In this document: positions 13,343 to 26,007 of the stretch, piece after piece
Layout: each line of letters opens with the position of its first letter
Position numbering within the stretch: position 1 is the stretch's first letter
Assembly: GCA_026023565.1 (NCBI GenBank)
Contig: JAPETS010000010.1
Location: 434,001-498,000, forward strand
Direction of reading: 5' to 3'
DNA from: Cirrosporium novae-zelandiae
Taxonomy: Eukaryota
Length of the DNA: 64,000 bases
Translations under genes and position numbers: made by a program
Notes under the pieces: model-generated
What the model was told of the DNA's origin: nothing
Database searches by the model: none
The model's input: only the letters and a program-made list of their open reading frames with translations

Positions 13343-15729
13343 TTAATCTGTCCCACCTAGCCAATGCCACTCCGCAAGATTCCCCTGGCTCGTCCATCCC
13401 CAGCTTTTTGCAAGCCAAAACGCAAGCCCACCGATTATCCCAAAGCTACCGATGATCTCCAAAGCTAGTAATCCTCGTTGTTTGAGGCACTCATCCCACT
13501 GCAGCAGGCCCAATGGATCCATGGGATTCATCAACCCGTTGCGAGCGTTGATACCAAAAATGGCGCCATTTTTTGCCATTCCGATGCCAAACCCATTGTC
13601 TGAAACTACACTTCCAGGTCCTTGGAACCTGCGCACGGGGACAATAGTACCATCCATGACGCACTCACCTAGGCGTTCCGTGAGCCACAACGCGCGGTCG
13701 CCTCTTGCGAGAGCTTCATATCGCTCACGCTCGTTTTGGAGACTCCGTTGCAGGTCGACGGCCCATTTCGATAGTCGTACTTGCGCGAGGCGTTCTTCGC
13801 GACGAGTGTGGTCCATGAAAGAAGCCATACCATAAGTAGAGCGGTCGGCGCTTCCGTAGTTGTAGGGAACTATAACTTGAGATCGACTAGGAGAAGAGTA
13901 AGATAACGATGGCGTTGCGGAATTCAGTAAATTTGCTCCTTGCCCTCTGGAGGAAAATGATGAAAGAGGATGAAAGCCAGAAACTAGGTTAACGCCTTTT
14001 CGTCGTCGCCAGTTGAGGAGCTTTTTGGCGGAAGAATGGCGGAGCCATGCTACCGTATCTTGTTGGAAAACCTGATCCACAAATGTAGAAAGTTCACTGG
14101 TCGTCAGAGGTGGTACATATCCTGAACTCATCAAGAGACTAGCATCCATGTTATCAGAGTCATCGCCATTTGCTGAAGATATCGCAAAAGGGAATGTGGG
14201 TTCGGCTTTTTCTTGTATATCGTCGAAGGACTTCCCAAATAGGAAAGGGTGTACATCTGCAGCGCGTAATCTTCCAAGGACTTCTTTTTTTAACGAAATC
14301 AATTCATCATGGGATCTCAAATCTGACTTGCTAATGAGAGGAATGATATTGGTGAGCGAAGACAGTCGTCGAAGGCATTCAACATCAACTTCTCGTATTC
14401 CTGTAAATTGATTAGCACGCACTATAAATGGGTTACTTAAATTCCTAGGTGATGCTTACTGTTGTCCATTACATAGAAGACGACGTCGACCTGAGACCCA
14501 CCATCTCCGCTTGCCATACTAACCAGATCCGAATTTCCCGTGTCAAATGCCTGCGCAGTTCTCTGGAGCTGCAATTCGATATATTTGACTGTTGTTTGAA
14601 CACCCTCCATCAGTGACATTCCGTGTGAGTAACCTGGCGTATCCACAAAACATATATTTCTTTCCAACACAGCCTCTTCCATGCTCTTTCTTCGCTTGAA
14701 CGGTTTGATGCCTTCTAGATCTGACCACCATGGTGGATATGGCCTCGTGCTTGCATATATCTCTGAAACTTGTGTGGTTGAAGTGAAGCCTTTCCCTGAC
14801 GTCCTCCCGGAAGGCCTTTTATGCTGAGGTCCTGGGAGGGTAGGCTGACTTGGTGTGAGAGGATCGACGTGTACGATATCTTCACAAGTCTGCACGATCG
14901 ATCTGATGAGAGAAGTCTTGCCGACACCTGGTCACTGTTAGCTATAGCTATTATAGTTGTCGTATAGAGATATACTAGAATTTCCGGCCACCAGAACCTT
15001 GAGTCTGCCAAGACTCTTACCACGTTGTGTGAAAGGTCTCCGACTGGGCATCTTTATACTTGGCATTATAAGCTGGGGTTCCGAGTCTTGAATCTCCCTA
15101 GATGCCTGAACCTCCTCCTCATGTTCCTGGTGATCTTCCTCCTCCTCGCCACTACTTGAAGTATTATCCTGACTTGCACTATCTTCCGTTATGGCATCTT
15201 CATCCCCTTGTTTTAAATAATGAGAGGACATGGATTTGGGACTTGATGGCACCGATGACCCATATACCGGAGAGGCGAGTAGTAGAGGAGTGAGGGGATC
15301 CGATAAGATCACTTCAGACGATTGTGGGAGATTGGCTTGGTCTGAGGGATGATCTGAAGGGTTCGAGCTCGGACATGGAGAAGGGGCTTGAGCTGGACTA
15401 TGTCCAGATAATGCGAGCGTTTCAGATGCTTTTATTATAGATCTTCGCCTCCCACGGTCGGAAGCTTCTTCTCTTTCTGTCTTTTTGTCTTTGATGGAGT
15501 TCGTCGATAAGGCGGCTAGGGTGTCTTCCAAGCTTCGTACACCATAGTTACTGTCCGATCCGTCCGCTCTCGAGGAGGCTGAGGACTGGCCCATTTCGTC
15601 TTCTCGGGCCAGGAAGAATGTCGTAGAAGGGCCGTGTCCTGGTGCTGGAGACTCGATAATAGGCAACTCGGTGGAACTTGATTTGCGGCTTCTACTGGCA
15701 AGGGCGTCGGCCCCAATAATGGGTCGCAT
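13343..15729 (-). CDS. Septin-like P-loop GTPase with C-terminal transmembrane segment
   Basis: After removing intron 14928-14975 the P-loop reads VLVAGNSSVGKT; G3 FVDTPGY; septin-type G4 NIIPLISKSD; coiled coil, then hydrophobic IIGSFGIIGGLAFWLA near the C-terminus; second intron near 14400-14460. Confidence 0.8.
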
Positions 15730-17921
15730 GATGGGCGAGAAAGGAGTATATAGAAAGGAGCTTGAAGAGATTCAAATCTCGTCAACGTCATAGGAGTGAA
15801 TGTTATGAACTGAGGGTAGACAAAGTCAGAAGACATAAGAGTTGACTGTTCCCAGGATTCGGTGAATATCATACCCCTCCCCCGCTTGTTCCTAGCTTTT
15901 GATTAGGCAGCTCCCTGAAAGTAACCAAGAGAGATGGATATCGGAACAACAATGGAGAACAGAGTCGAATGTCCTTAAAGATAAAATGCCAACGACCGAA
16001 GTCAAAGACAAAGACAAGACGATGTTTTAGGGTTGAAATGAAATAATGATGGACGTCTCGGATTGTGGCTGTTTTGGGTGGTAATAGAGTACTTTTGGGT
16101 ACTAATTATGTCCGGGTACCATCACTCTACCAAGTATTCCCTTCCACCTTCTTTTTGAGGAGTTAACTACTTTCGAAAGTATGCAGGGGCGGAGATGGAC
16201 CTTGGCTTATCCGTAGTCTGAGCGTTCGTTGCTGTTCGGGGGGTCCTACATCATCCGATAAGTTCATGAAGCGAATTTCTCCATTAATTATCTTCTCTCT
16301 TTCATCTCCTTTTCATATAATTACTTAGGTAGACTATCTAATTTATTGAACCGCAATTTAGGCCCCTCTATAAACTGCTCTCCCAACCCCCGCCAGCGTG
16401 CACGCACCACCTCCAGCCTTATGCGCCTTCATTAGATTCCCTTTTAAACCCACCATTGCTATCTGCGCTAGGTAGACACCTGGTATAGTCCTACGCATCC
16501 CCATCATATTTCATTCTCACAAATGCCTTTTTCCTACTCCGACCAGGGCAGTGGAAGCGGTGGAGCTTTGTATCCATTCATCAATGCCTTTGACACGTAC
16601 TCTCTTCACCAACTCACCGCCATCTTTACCCCTTATGCCCTCTCTCCCACCCGTCCCTCGCACCACTAAATCCAAGTCCAGACTCCTTCAACCGTGCATG
16701 CAGAAAAGGTGGTGCGGATGTAGGTCGTGATGGGCCAGGTTACAATGCCTGATGGGGCACTGTCAAAGCCGAATGAAGGAATCATCTTTGAGATTTTAAT
16801 GCCCGTATGGTATAGACGATCTTGAAAATCTGAAAGAAAATGTACAGATAGCTAAAAATGATGCGCCGGATTAAACAGATTCGGGAGGGTTTGGGTTAAC
16901 AAAAAAAAAAACACTATGGAGACAACTGGAAAAAAATTTATGTAACTCCTGTCGCTTTCGCGGTGTCATAGTATTTTCGGATCGTACCTAAAGTCTATGG
17001 AGCTTCCCAGTGCTAGTATAAATGAGCCCACCAGTTTAAGTAATGCGTTCCGTTGTTGATGTATGCTTGAAGAGCAGGAGTGCCGTATATTAATAAGGAC
17101 CCACCTGTCGGGATCAAAGGCTGTGTCTTTCTGATAAGGACGTCAAGGTCCTATTCATTGAGTTCGGCAACCTCAAGATCTAAGTATGTGGGTTAGTTAT
17201 AATGGAATATGAATAATAGCGTGGGAGACATACTGGTGTGGAATTACGGCCTGCAACAGCCCATTTGATCGAGAGGTAGACGGGTCGTGACATGCTCTGC
17301 GCACAACCTGCCCATGTACTCGGTCGTTCCCAAATCATATCGACGACTTTGTCTAGCCATTAAGAAGGAAATGCACAGTCAAATAATCGCCATTGACATT
17401 TATGACTTGCAATGATCAAGGAAACCAACCAGCCTACTATTTATACACCAGGCAAACACCTAGTTAGTAGAGTATAATCCCTAACGCTACACCTATCTCC
17501 TCTCGTATACTATGTTCCAACATTGGTTCAACTCATTGTTACCCTTGCCCGTCGTTTGATATGATACGGAAAATTATGTTAGGCCGATTCCGACGAAATT
17601 AATTATTTGATGAGATAAAACAGGTTTATTTGAGCTTCAAATACACAGCTTAATCTATTATGGTAAGTCCTTGAATAATTATGCCCATAAATATGGTTAA
17701 CATATTTATTATACACATATAATCTTTATTATCGCTGGGGATCACCGGGCCGGGCGTTGATCGGGTTATCTAGGTACTCCGATGGTCCAATGGTCTAACA
17801 GTCCATCCGAGACTCATAGTATCACATCAATTGAGAATTGCTTGTAATTTTTTTATAAAAGAGTTTCATTCGTAGCTTTCCACTAACGCAAATCAAATGC
17901 ATTAACCAACACTCAAGAATC

Positions 17922-18776
17922 ATGAAGGTCGACATTAGTATCCTTCAAACTGGCCAAACTCGGATCAGGCAATCGATGAAAACGCAAACTGCCGACAGAT
18001 CGGTATTTCTGCGTCGCTTGCGCGCTTTGACAGACCGAACATGGACCGAATGGCTCCCTATATACACTTTCCTAATATCACATCCCGAAGGCTACGTCCT
18101 CTTCGACGCCGGGGAATCGTCCCATGTCAACGATTGGGGGTACTTTCCCTTGTGGATGCCGACTTTTCGGCTGATGAGTGAAACTCACATCGAAGACAAC
18201 GAAGGAATCGGAACTCAGTTGCGTGAAAGGGGGCTTGGCCCTGAAGACCTCAAGGCCGTCGTCATCTCCCATCTGCATCATGACCACAGCGGCGGACTGC
18301 CCGATCTTGTCGGTGCCCCAGTATACGTGTCCGAAGAGCACTGGGGGAGGTACAAGAATCCCATTAAGGCGACCATCGAGGGCGCTGTCCCTAGCCAGTG
18401 GCCACAGGGGTTTTGCCCTAAAATACTCCAGCCGACCGGTGGACCCATCGGGCCTTGGGAGCACAGCTATCCCATCACTAGCGACGGAAAGATCATCGCG
18501 GTTGACACACCAGGCCACACCCCGGGCCACGTTTCGCTCATCGTGTTCGGCGACAATATCACGTATTTTCTAACTGGTGACGCGAGTTATAGCAAGGATC
18601 TGTTAGACCAGGAGGTCACAGATGGCATCAATGACAACCCATTGCTGGCCATAGAATCAGTGAAAAAAATCAAGGCATTTGCGCGCCAACAGCCACTCGT
18701 GTTACTACCTTCACATGATGAGCGGGCTCCAGGGTGGTTGGCAGAAAGCATTTTGTATAAACCAATGCAATTGTGA
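17922..18776 (+). CDS. Metallo-beta-lactamase-fold lactonase, N-acyl-homoserine lactonase (AiiA/AttM) family, intronless
   Basis: SHLHHDH (HxHxDH), TPGHTPGH, TGDASY, PSHD; TATA-like TATAAAA about 65 bp upstream. Confidence 0.88.
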   Translation: MKVDISILQTGQTRIRQSMKTQTADRSVFLRRLRALTDRTWTEWLPIYTFLISHPEGYVLFDAGESSHVNDWGYFPLWMPTFRLMSETHIEDNEGIGTQLRERGLGPEDLKAVVISHLHHDHSGGLPDLVGAPVYVSEEHWGRYKNPIKATIEGAVPSQWPQGFCPKILQPTGGPIGPWEHSYPITSDGKIIAVDTPGHTPGHVSLIVFGDNITYFLTGDASYSKDLLDQEVTDGINDNPLLAIESVKKIKAFARQQPLVLLPSHDERAPGWLAESILYKPMQL

Positions 18777-19769
18777 TGTATATATAGGAGAAATACAGAG
18801 GGAACATAGTAGAGAATATCCAAGGGCGAACTATGGGCATCACACTAGAACAATTAAGAGAATACCTAAGAACGCATGGCATCTCTTAGTCACAAATCTT
18901 TCAGTAAACCCCCATTATATCGTATTGTTGTCTATACAGTTCTAATATGGAAAGAAAGTTTCAAATAGAAAGATGTAGACTAGTCTATATGCCAAGCCAC
19001 TAGCGGCATGAGCATATTCAGACCACGACATTGTTATCGTTAGCCCTAGCTGCACCTAGATTAGGTTAGATTAGTACGTCCTTATATACAGTACGAGGTA
19101 ACTGCAACTGCGTATATCTGCAGCTCAAGCCCAGGCCCGAAAAGGAGCGGAAGTCAATGTGGGGGCTGGAATGGGGATATTTATATATACACAAATAAAC
19201 ATGATAATAAAATAGTCCAAAAAAAAGGAATCATAATTCGTAATAAGCAGTTCATGTCAATAACACTACTTTTAGAACTGTTATACAGTTGGCGATATTT
19301 TCATTCTTCATTGATCCGTGTACCTCCATCAACACGCCGTGACCCACAAGAGTGAAGAACACTGCCCTGGTATGTATAATATCCCCTTAGCATCATTAGT
19401 CAGAAAGAAATAAGTTAAAAAGATGAAAACAAAATTGTCACCTGATTCGTTTCTGCTCACAAGCACCCATCTAGCAGATATCTTTCCCATCAACAGAACT
19501 CTGGCCAAATTTGCTCGAAATCAGAAAAAAGATGTAAATGAAGCATAAAAAAAGTTGGAAAATCCGTATGCCGGCCACGCTATGCTCATTTGACCACAAA
19601 ATCAGGGGAATCCCACGAAAAAGCGGCTTAAACAGGCCGCTTTCTCAATCCAGTAAAGAACTTTTGGTAGAAGATTGGGCATAATAGTGTACACGAAAAG
19701 GGGAAGAATGTGACAAGAGTCTGAGGATGGCATAGATCATACAAAGCCGTAACGACCCGTAGGGGTGAA

Positions 19770-21645
19770 TCAAGCAGCTTGCGGGCGGCTCTTAGGAGTC
19801 ATGTTACCGCCACGATTTCGAGAGCCAAAAGTATTGCGACCTCCATCCTTCTGAAACCCACCACGGCCTTGACCTCCTGCACGTCCATCACCACGATTGC
19901 GACCGGCTCCACCTCTGCCAGCACCGCTGAAGTCGCCACGGCCACCTGTTGGGCCACGGCGTCGTTCTTCTACCCATATGGATTGGTCACCAACTTGAAG
20001 TGGACTTGCCGACCGGGCAGCATTGAATCCGGCCATATCCGCAAATTCTACAAAAGCACAGTTCTTTCATCTTGATTAGTATAAGTCCCCTTTACTTGTT
20101 TTTGTTGTTGTGTATTAGTAGTAGAAACTCACCTTTGGTCTAGCGACATCAAAGTAAACAATTTTTCCAAACTGAGACAGGGCAGAGCGCAAGGCATCAT
20201 GGTTAACATGATCAGTGACATTCTTGATGAATGCTTCAGCCTTGCGATTATCGCCAGGGCCAGAAATAGACTGAGGACGAGTCTGCCTCTTTGAATAATC
20301 TGGACCGGCAGTCTGCCAGCCGGATCCAGGGCCATGGTCGGCTGGGTTGGGGGAAGCATCTCCAGGGGTTGATGTAGCTACCTGAGACTGGGTTGATGGG
20401 GCAGCCTTTGACTGGGTTGGTGCCGGGGTTGAAGCTGAGGTCGAGGATGCGGTTGAGGTGGCAGGAACAACAGGAGTTGCAGCTCGTGGTCCAGCAACAA
20501 GATTTGCCCATGTCTTCGGTTTAGGAGGAGCAGCAGGTTGACTTGGGGTCTCTGTAGTTGGCGTGACTGCTGCTGGAGTGGGCTTGGGATCCTGCGGCCG
20601 CTCAGGTTCAAAAACTTCAGTGGATACCTCTGCCTCTGCAACTTCAGGGATGGGTGTTGGTTCTTCCTCCTCGATAACAGTTTCGACCTGGGATGCAGGT
20701 TCCCCTGAGAGCGTATGAGAGTCGCTGGAGTTTGTATTGGACTGGGCGCTGCCGTTTGTTAGATTACTTATATTGGAAGTATCCACGTCGGGGCTGCCTT
20801 CAGCCGCCTTCTCTTCGACAGGTTCGGGTACAGCTGGATGCTCTTGAACCTCCTGGACCGGCTCCTCTTTTTTCTCAGAGATTTCCGGTGTAACAACGGT
20901 TTCTTGTGCTGCCGGCGTTGGCTCGGGAGCAGTCTCGGGGACGTCTTCAGTCTCTTCAACTTCGTCATCATCAATGTAACGCAAGATATCGTTGAGGATG
21001 AAATAGCCATTCGGTTGCTCAGCCAGGACGAAGGTCTGAACAAACTTCTTGTGAGGGGCAGATTTCATCGACATTTCTCCTATGACCTGGACTATGATGT
21101 TGTTGAAGGAAGTTTGACTATCCACATTTGTAACGCGAACCTTGCAGTCTTGAATATCTAACTCCCGAACACGATCGGCAATTGCCTAGAAATTTGTTAA
21201 TTGGATTTATAAAGGACTCAGGATAGGAGAAACGCGTACACGTGGGCCAATGCAGACCATAACCTTCTCATCCTCATTTCCGTATACGTACTGAGACCTT
21301 TTATTATAGAAGAGCTGACAAAATATTAGTCTCCGCTATCTAGAGTATTGCTTGCCATGTGGATCTTCTGCTTAAAAAGAGGTAAAGGCGAGAACTTACG
21401 TGAAGCCTATCTGGATGCATACTCATGGTTTTATAGTATTGCTCAACGAAATACCACGCGACCTGATCCTTTGGTACATCTTCTGAGTTTGTGTTTGGCT
21501 GTGTCCCAGTTCCAGCACCATTACCAGTCGCAGCTGGGGTGCCACTTGGGGTTGGGTAAGTAGCTGGAGAGTTCCCATTATTCGGACGTTGGCCATCATA
21601 GGGTTGTCCCCCATTGACAGGGACAGAGGTGACTTCAGTTGCCAT
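19770..21645 (-). CDS. NTF2 + RRM + RGG protein (G3BP/Bre5/Nxt3-like)
   Basis: VAWYFVEQYY, FVQTFVLAEQPNGYFILNDILRY (NTF2), PKTWANLVA, RRM split by an intron near 20065-20130, RGG-rich tail. Confidence 0.93.
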
Positions 21646-22717
21646 GTTTGCAGTTTTGTTTTAGTTTTGCTTTTGTTGCAAGACTGCTTTTCTAGGGTTA
21701 CAATAGTAGAAAGATAACACGATAGTTATTTAGATTCGAGGTGGGTTTGACTGTTCCAGGTAGATCTGGGGCGAAGAGTCGCGAGCGAGTGAAAAGTGGA
21801 TGGACTAGGGCGAAAAGCTTGATAGTCAGCTCAGTTATGAAAAAAAAATTGAAAAATAGAAAGTATCATAGATGATAGCATCGAATAACAGTATCTTAGC
21901 CTCGCAGCCATTAAGACAGAATATATTCTAAGGCTTTACACATGGCATCCGATTCTAGCAGTGGCCTTTATATCTGATTTTGGAAATGGCACTTACTCTT
22001 GCTGGGAAGCCACTCACACAAGGTCGAAGAAAATAGGCGAGCCGTTTCACCCACAAAAGAATCGGATGGCCTTGGAATATCCGTAATCGTACTCAAAAGA
22101 CTCTGAATCGGGAGGAAGAGGAACGGGAGATACAGTGCGGGGAGGAAGGATTATGTAGTAGAGATGTTTAAGCTTTTGAATGGGCCGTTATGGGAAGTGG
22201 AATGATAATTAAATAGTGGGAGCAGGATGAGTCCTCTTGAAGGGTCAAGGTATTCTTGTGTGAAGTGGAAGGTAAAGTAGGTGATTGATAAAGCTTTAGG
22301 ATGGGAATTTTGCTCCGTGGGCGAGGAAATTGACATGGGGGCTCAATTAAACTTTACACCCTAATTTCTAAGGCTTCAAAAGCTGGAACCAATCTGCTGA
22401 GCGAACTCAGGGCAAAATGGAAACCGGTATTATTTAGCCCAAGGAAAAGAATTGATGTGATATACCTAGCTATCTTGATTTGGGTCTGAAAAGGTATATC
22501 TCACTATCCTTATCATACATCACTGACTTGGCCTTAGGGCATGTGGCATCGGAGTTAAGAGCTCCCTTGTCTTCGGGCAAATACTGTAATAGTTCCTACA
22601 GGCACACCTAGACTACATGGCTCTCATTTCAAAATCCCCAAATAGTCTTATTCAATGATATCAATTAGGATACTTTTGGAGCAATAGATCCAAATTCACA
22701 AATTCAGACTATGTCTG

Positions 22718-24700
22718 CTAAGTTTTCGATCTCTTCTTCGGCCTCTCCTCTTCGTCAGGAGCATCTGAATCCCCGTCGGCGTCCACATCCCCATCAGCCA
22801 TCTCCTCATCGGAGCCGGAGCCACTGCTTTCAGCATTGGAATCATATTCTTCCGCAACGTCCGATTCAGACTCCGCCTGGAAATCCTCATCAACGGACTC
22901 TTCATCTTCATCAGCGCTGCCTCGATCTGGATTTACTCCCACAATTTCTTCGTCGCTAGAGTCCATAGCCTCATCCTTAAGTGCAGCGGCTAGTAGAGCG
23001 CGAGACTATCACAATTAGCTAGTGATTAGTATTAAAAGAGTATGTACTTACGTCTTCAGCCATTTCATTTCGGAAATGCAAGCCTTTGGCTTTGAAAAAC
23101 GTTTCTAAGGGCTTTTGCTCCTCGCTGTAGGCCATCAAATATTAGTAAAGGATCCGCACTAGGAGAAATATATAACTAACCGATTGATATTACTGAATTG
23201 GTGTTCTTCACCTCCTTTGAGTGTGATTGTGATGTCGAATGTTCGGCTTGCTGAAACAGCACCACCCACACGAGACATGGTTATAGTAGAGATCTGGTCG
23301 AAAGCAAGGTATGTAGCAGGCTTTGGTACAAACATAAAGCTCTTATCCATGCAATATAGAAGTCCTTCATTAGCTTTGATTGAGCACTTAACTCCATCTT
23401 GCTGGTGGTGACTAGTAAACTCTCTCGAGGGTATGGCAGGTTTTTTACCAGAAAGTCCCTTGAAGACTTTCATCACTACTGTGTGAACAGAATCCTCGTA
23501 GTGGCTTTCTAACTTGCCTTTGTACTCGCTTCCTAGTAATTCATCTGTCATATTCAGATCAATTGTGACCTCTTCATCCCTTCTAAACTGCATGACAATG
23601 AACTGGTATCTGGTCTGGCCTTGTCGGAGAGGGGGATCGAGTCCAAAAGTAAGAAGCATGTGTAGATCATCGGGTTTAGGGAGAATGAAGAATTTCCGGA
23701 GAGCTGTATACTGAATTTTGTAGTCGTATGTTTTGCCCCGAAGCCTAAAAGAATTCTGATACATATCTATATCGAATCGGCCTCTGCATGCCAATTGTTA
23801 GTTCTGTCTTTGTAGATTCCTGAAGAGCTCGTACCTTGGAGTTAAGTGAAGAACATCTAGGAAAGTGGCGAAAGTATCCCCAGCAACGTCTCCTATCTCC
23901 GCTTTATCCAAAATAGTATCATAGAATAAAGTCGCAGCATTCTTTTCTTCAGCATCTTCCCCATCTACACTTTTTTCTTCACCATTTTCATCCACTTCTT
24001 TCTTTGTAACGGTTCCTGGAATGTAGAATCTCATTTCAACCAATTGGTCTCGACCCGCTCCTGCTTTTCTACCTTTGCTTCTAGCGCCGCCCAAATGGCC
24101 ATTGGTGCCCGTTTCACCACCCTCTCCAGGAAGAGAAAACTCAACGGCGACTTCATTTTTTCCAGCAAGATTGGTGTTTGATATTTCTGAATACGGGATT
24201 TCGAAAGCGGGTCGGTTCTGGACGTTAAAAGCCAGCTCTGCCTTGCCAAATTCAGTTTTACCCCAGTTCCAACCTCTTAAAGCATGCTCCTTAGTGTCGA
24301 TGTTTACGCCATACCATAGCTTAAACGCTTTATTTAAACGATCGAGGTCCTGTATAGTTAGTATTTACATAGCCGAACAAAGTTGTAAGAGCGCCTTACT
24401 TCATGCTCAAAGCCATCTAGCTGGATAACACCGGACGACCTCGACAATATCTTCAATTCATATCCTCTAGCTGCCCTGCTCCATTGTGCGCCACCAATGT
24501 TGGCTTTATCCAAGGTAAATGTGTCACCACCACCAGTAGGCTTCCATCCAAGGCCACCTTCTGCGAATCGGCATTTACCCGGTTGCTTGGAGAGGTCGAG
24601 GTAAATATGTTCAAAGGTCTCCCTAACAAAAAAATCCGTTAGAACTTATATTAATGATAATATACTAAACAAGGGTGGGATTGCGAATATGATATTACAT
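22718..24700 (-). CDS. pob3: FACT complex subunit Pob3/SSRP1
   Basis: ETFEHIYLDLSKQPGKCRF, EHALRGWNWG, LTPRGRFDIDMY, LDPPLRQGQTRY, acidic tail ending RPKKRSKT; several introns, the first at 24623-24698. Confidence 0.97.
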
Positions 24701-25054
24701 TGGAGCTCTGAGAGGACGAGGAAATTCCTCGACTTCTGTTTAAGGATGTTGTTGTCAAAGTAAGCTTTCTAGAATTAAAGGATATTTTGAAGTTATGGAG
24801 TTGAGGGCCACAGCAGATTGTATTCCAATATGGAAGTGGTTGTTCAAGAGTCTGTTAGCTTGAAGGGAAGCTGTAGAGATGTCTAAAAATGTCGTGAAAT
24901 CAAGCGTCACGCTTGTTGAACGCGAACAATGCAACCACTTAGGGAAGCGATCAACACAACTTGCGCAATCTAAGGTAACCACCAACTACAACTCACTATC
25001 ATATTATCTCAACCAATTTATTTCCAATAACTACGCTTTGTGAACATCTTATTA

Positions 25055-25821
25055 ATGCCCTCTATTTCTCCTCAAGATCCAATGCCCGCCTCCACTTTCG
25101 GCCAACCGTTCTCTAGCAATTCCCGCAACTCCCCTTCCCCTTCCCCCCCACCTCCTCCCCCTGTCGCCGTAACACCAGGACCTAGAGCTACAGCTCTTCT
25201 ACGCGTTTTCGACAATGCGCTGTCTCATACTCTCCGTAAAAATTCATATTCCAACTTTGCGGCTTGTTTTCCGACGCCTGCACGCAATATGCCTGATGTT
25301 CTAGAAACTGTATGGAGACAAATGAATCACGTGCTAGAAGAGAGAGCGAAAGTTGAGTGGGAAGAGGTCTTGGCTCAAAGGGAAGTGGTTGCTAGATTGA
25401 ATGAGTTAGATCGATTGGTGGGCGAAGCTCAGAATCGAAAAGCACAGGGTGGCGGGGAGCCAACACGTCCGTAAGCCAAATTACATACCAGTGGAACTTT
25501 TACTACTGCTTCTAACTAACTACTCTATCTAGAATGCATCTCCTGAAACCAGACGAGCTTTTTCTAGCGCACTTGGGACCATCGTTGCAACAAGCTCAAA
25601 AATCTTTAAGTGAGAAATTAGAAGCTACTCAAACAGAAAACAAAGATTTGGCAACTTCAATAAAACATCAAAAGAAGGAGATTGAGAAATTACTTGGAAA
25701 CCTAAAATCTATCATAAGAGATCTAGAAGGTGCAGCTGAGGCACTTGGGGAAACCACTGAAAAAGAGAATCTGAAAAGTAATATTGTGGAAATGGAGACA
25801 GAACTCAAAATAGACGATTGA
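25055..25821 (+). CDS. nnf1: Kinetochore MIND complex subunit Nnf1
   Basis: PGPRATALLRVFDNALSHTLRKNSYSNFAACFPTPA, VVARLNELDRLV, PDELFLAHL and coiled coil; intron 25471-25532. Confidence 0.85.
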
Positions 25822-26007
25822 AAGACGTGAACTTATGATTGATTCGAGTATAGTCGCGTTATTTATTAGCCACCTTTTATCTATCTCACTCAATCGATAT
25901 CTTCGATTTTGTGACCTAGATACTAGATTCCTAAACCTATTCTGGAAATTGGTTTAAACCTTAGCTGTCGAGCAATCCCGGAGATACTATCAAATCCAAC
26001 TATTCCA

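Noticed and set aside
16400..16850. Possible coding fragment (GALYPFINAFDTYSLHQLTAIF..) with in-frame stops
   Set aside because: No recognisable family; cannot be distinguished from intergenic sequence by eye.
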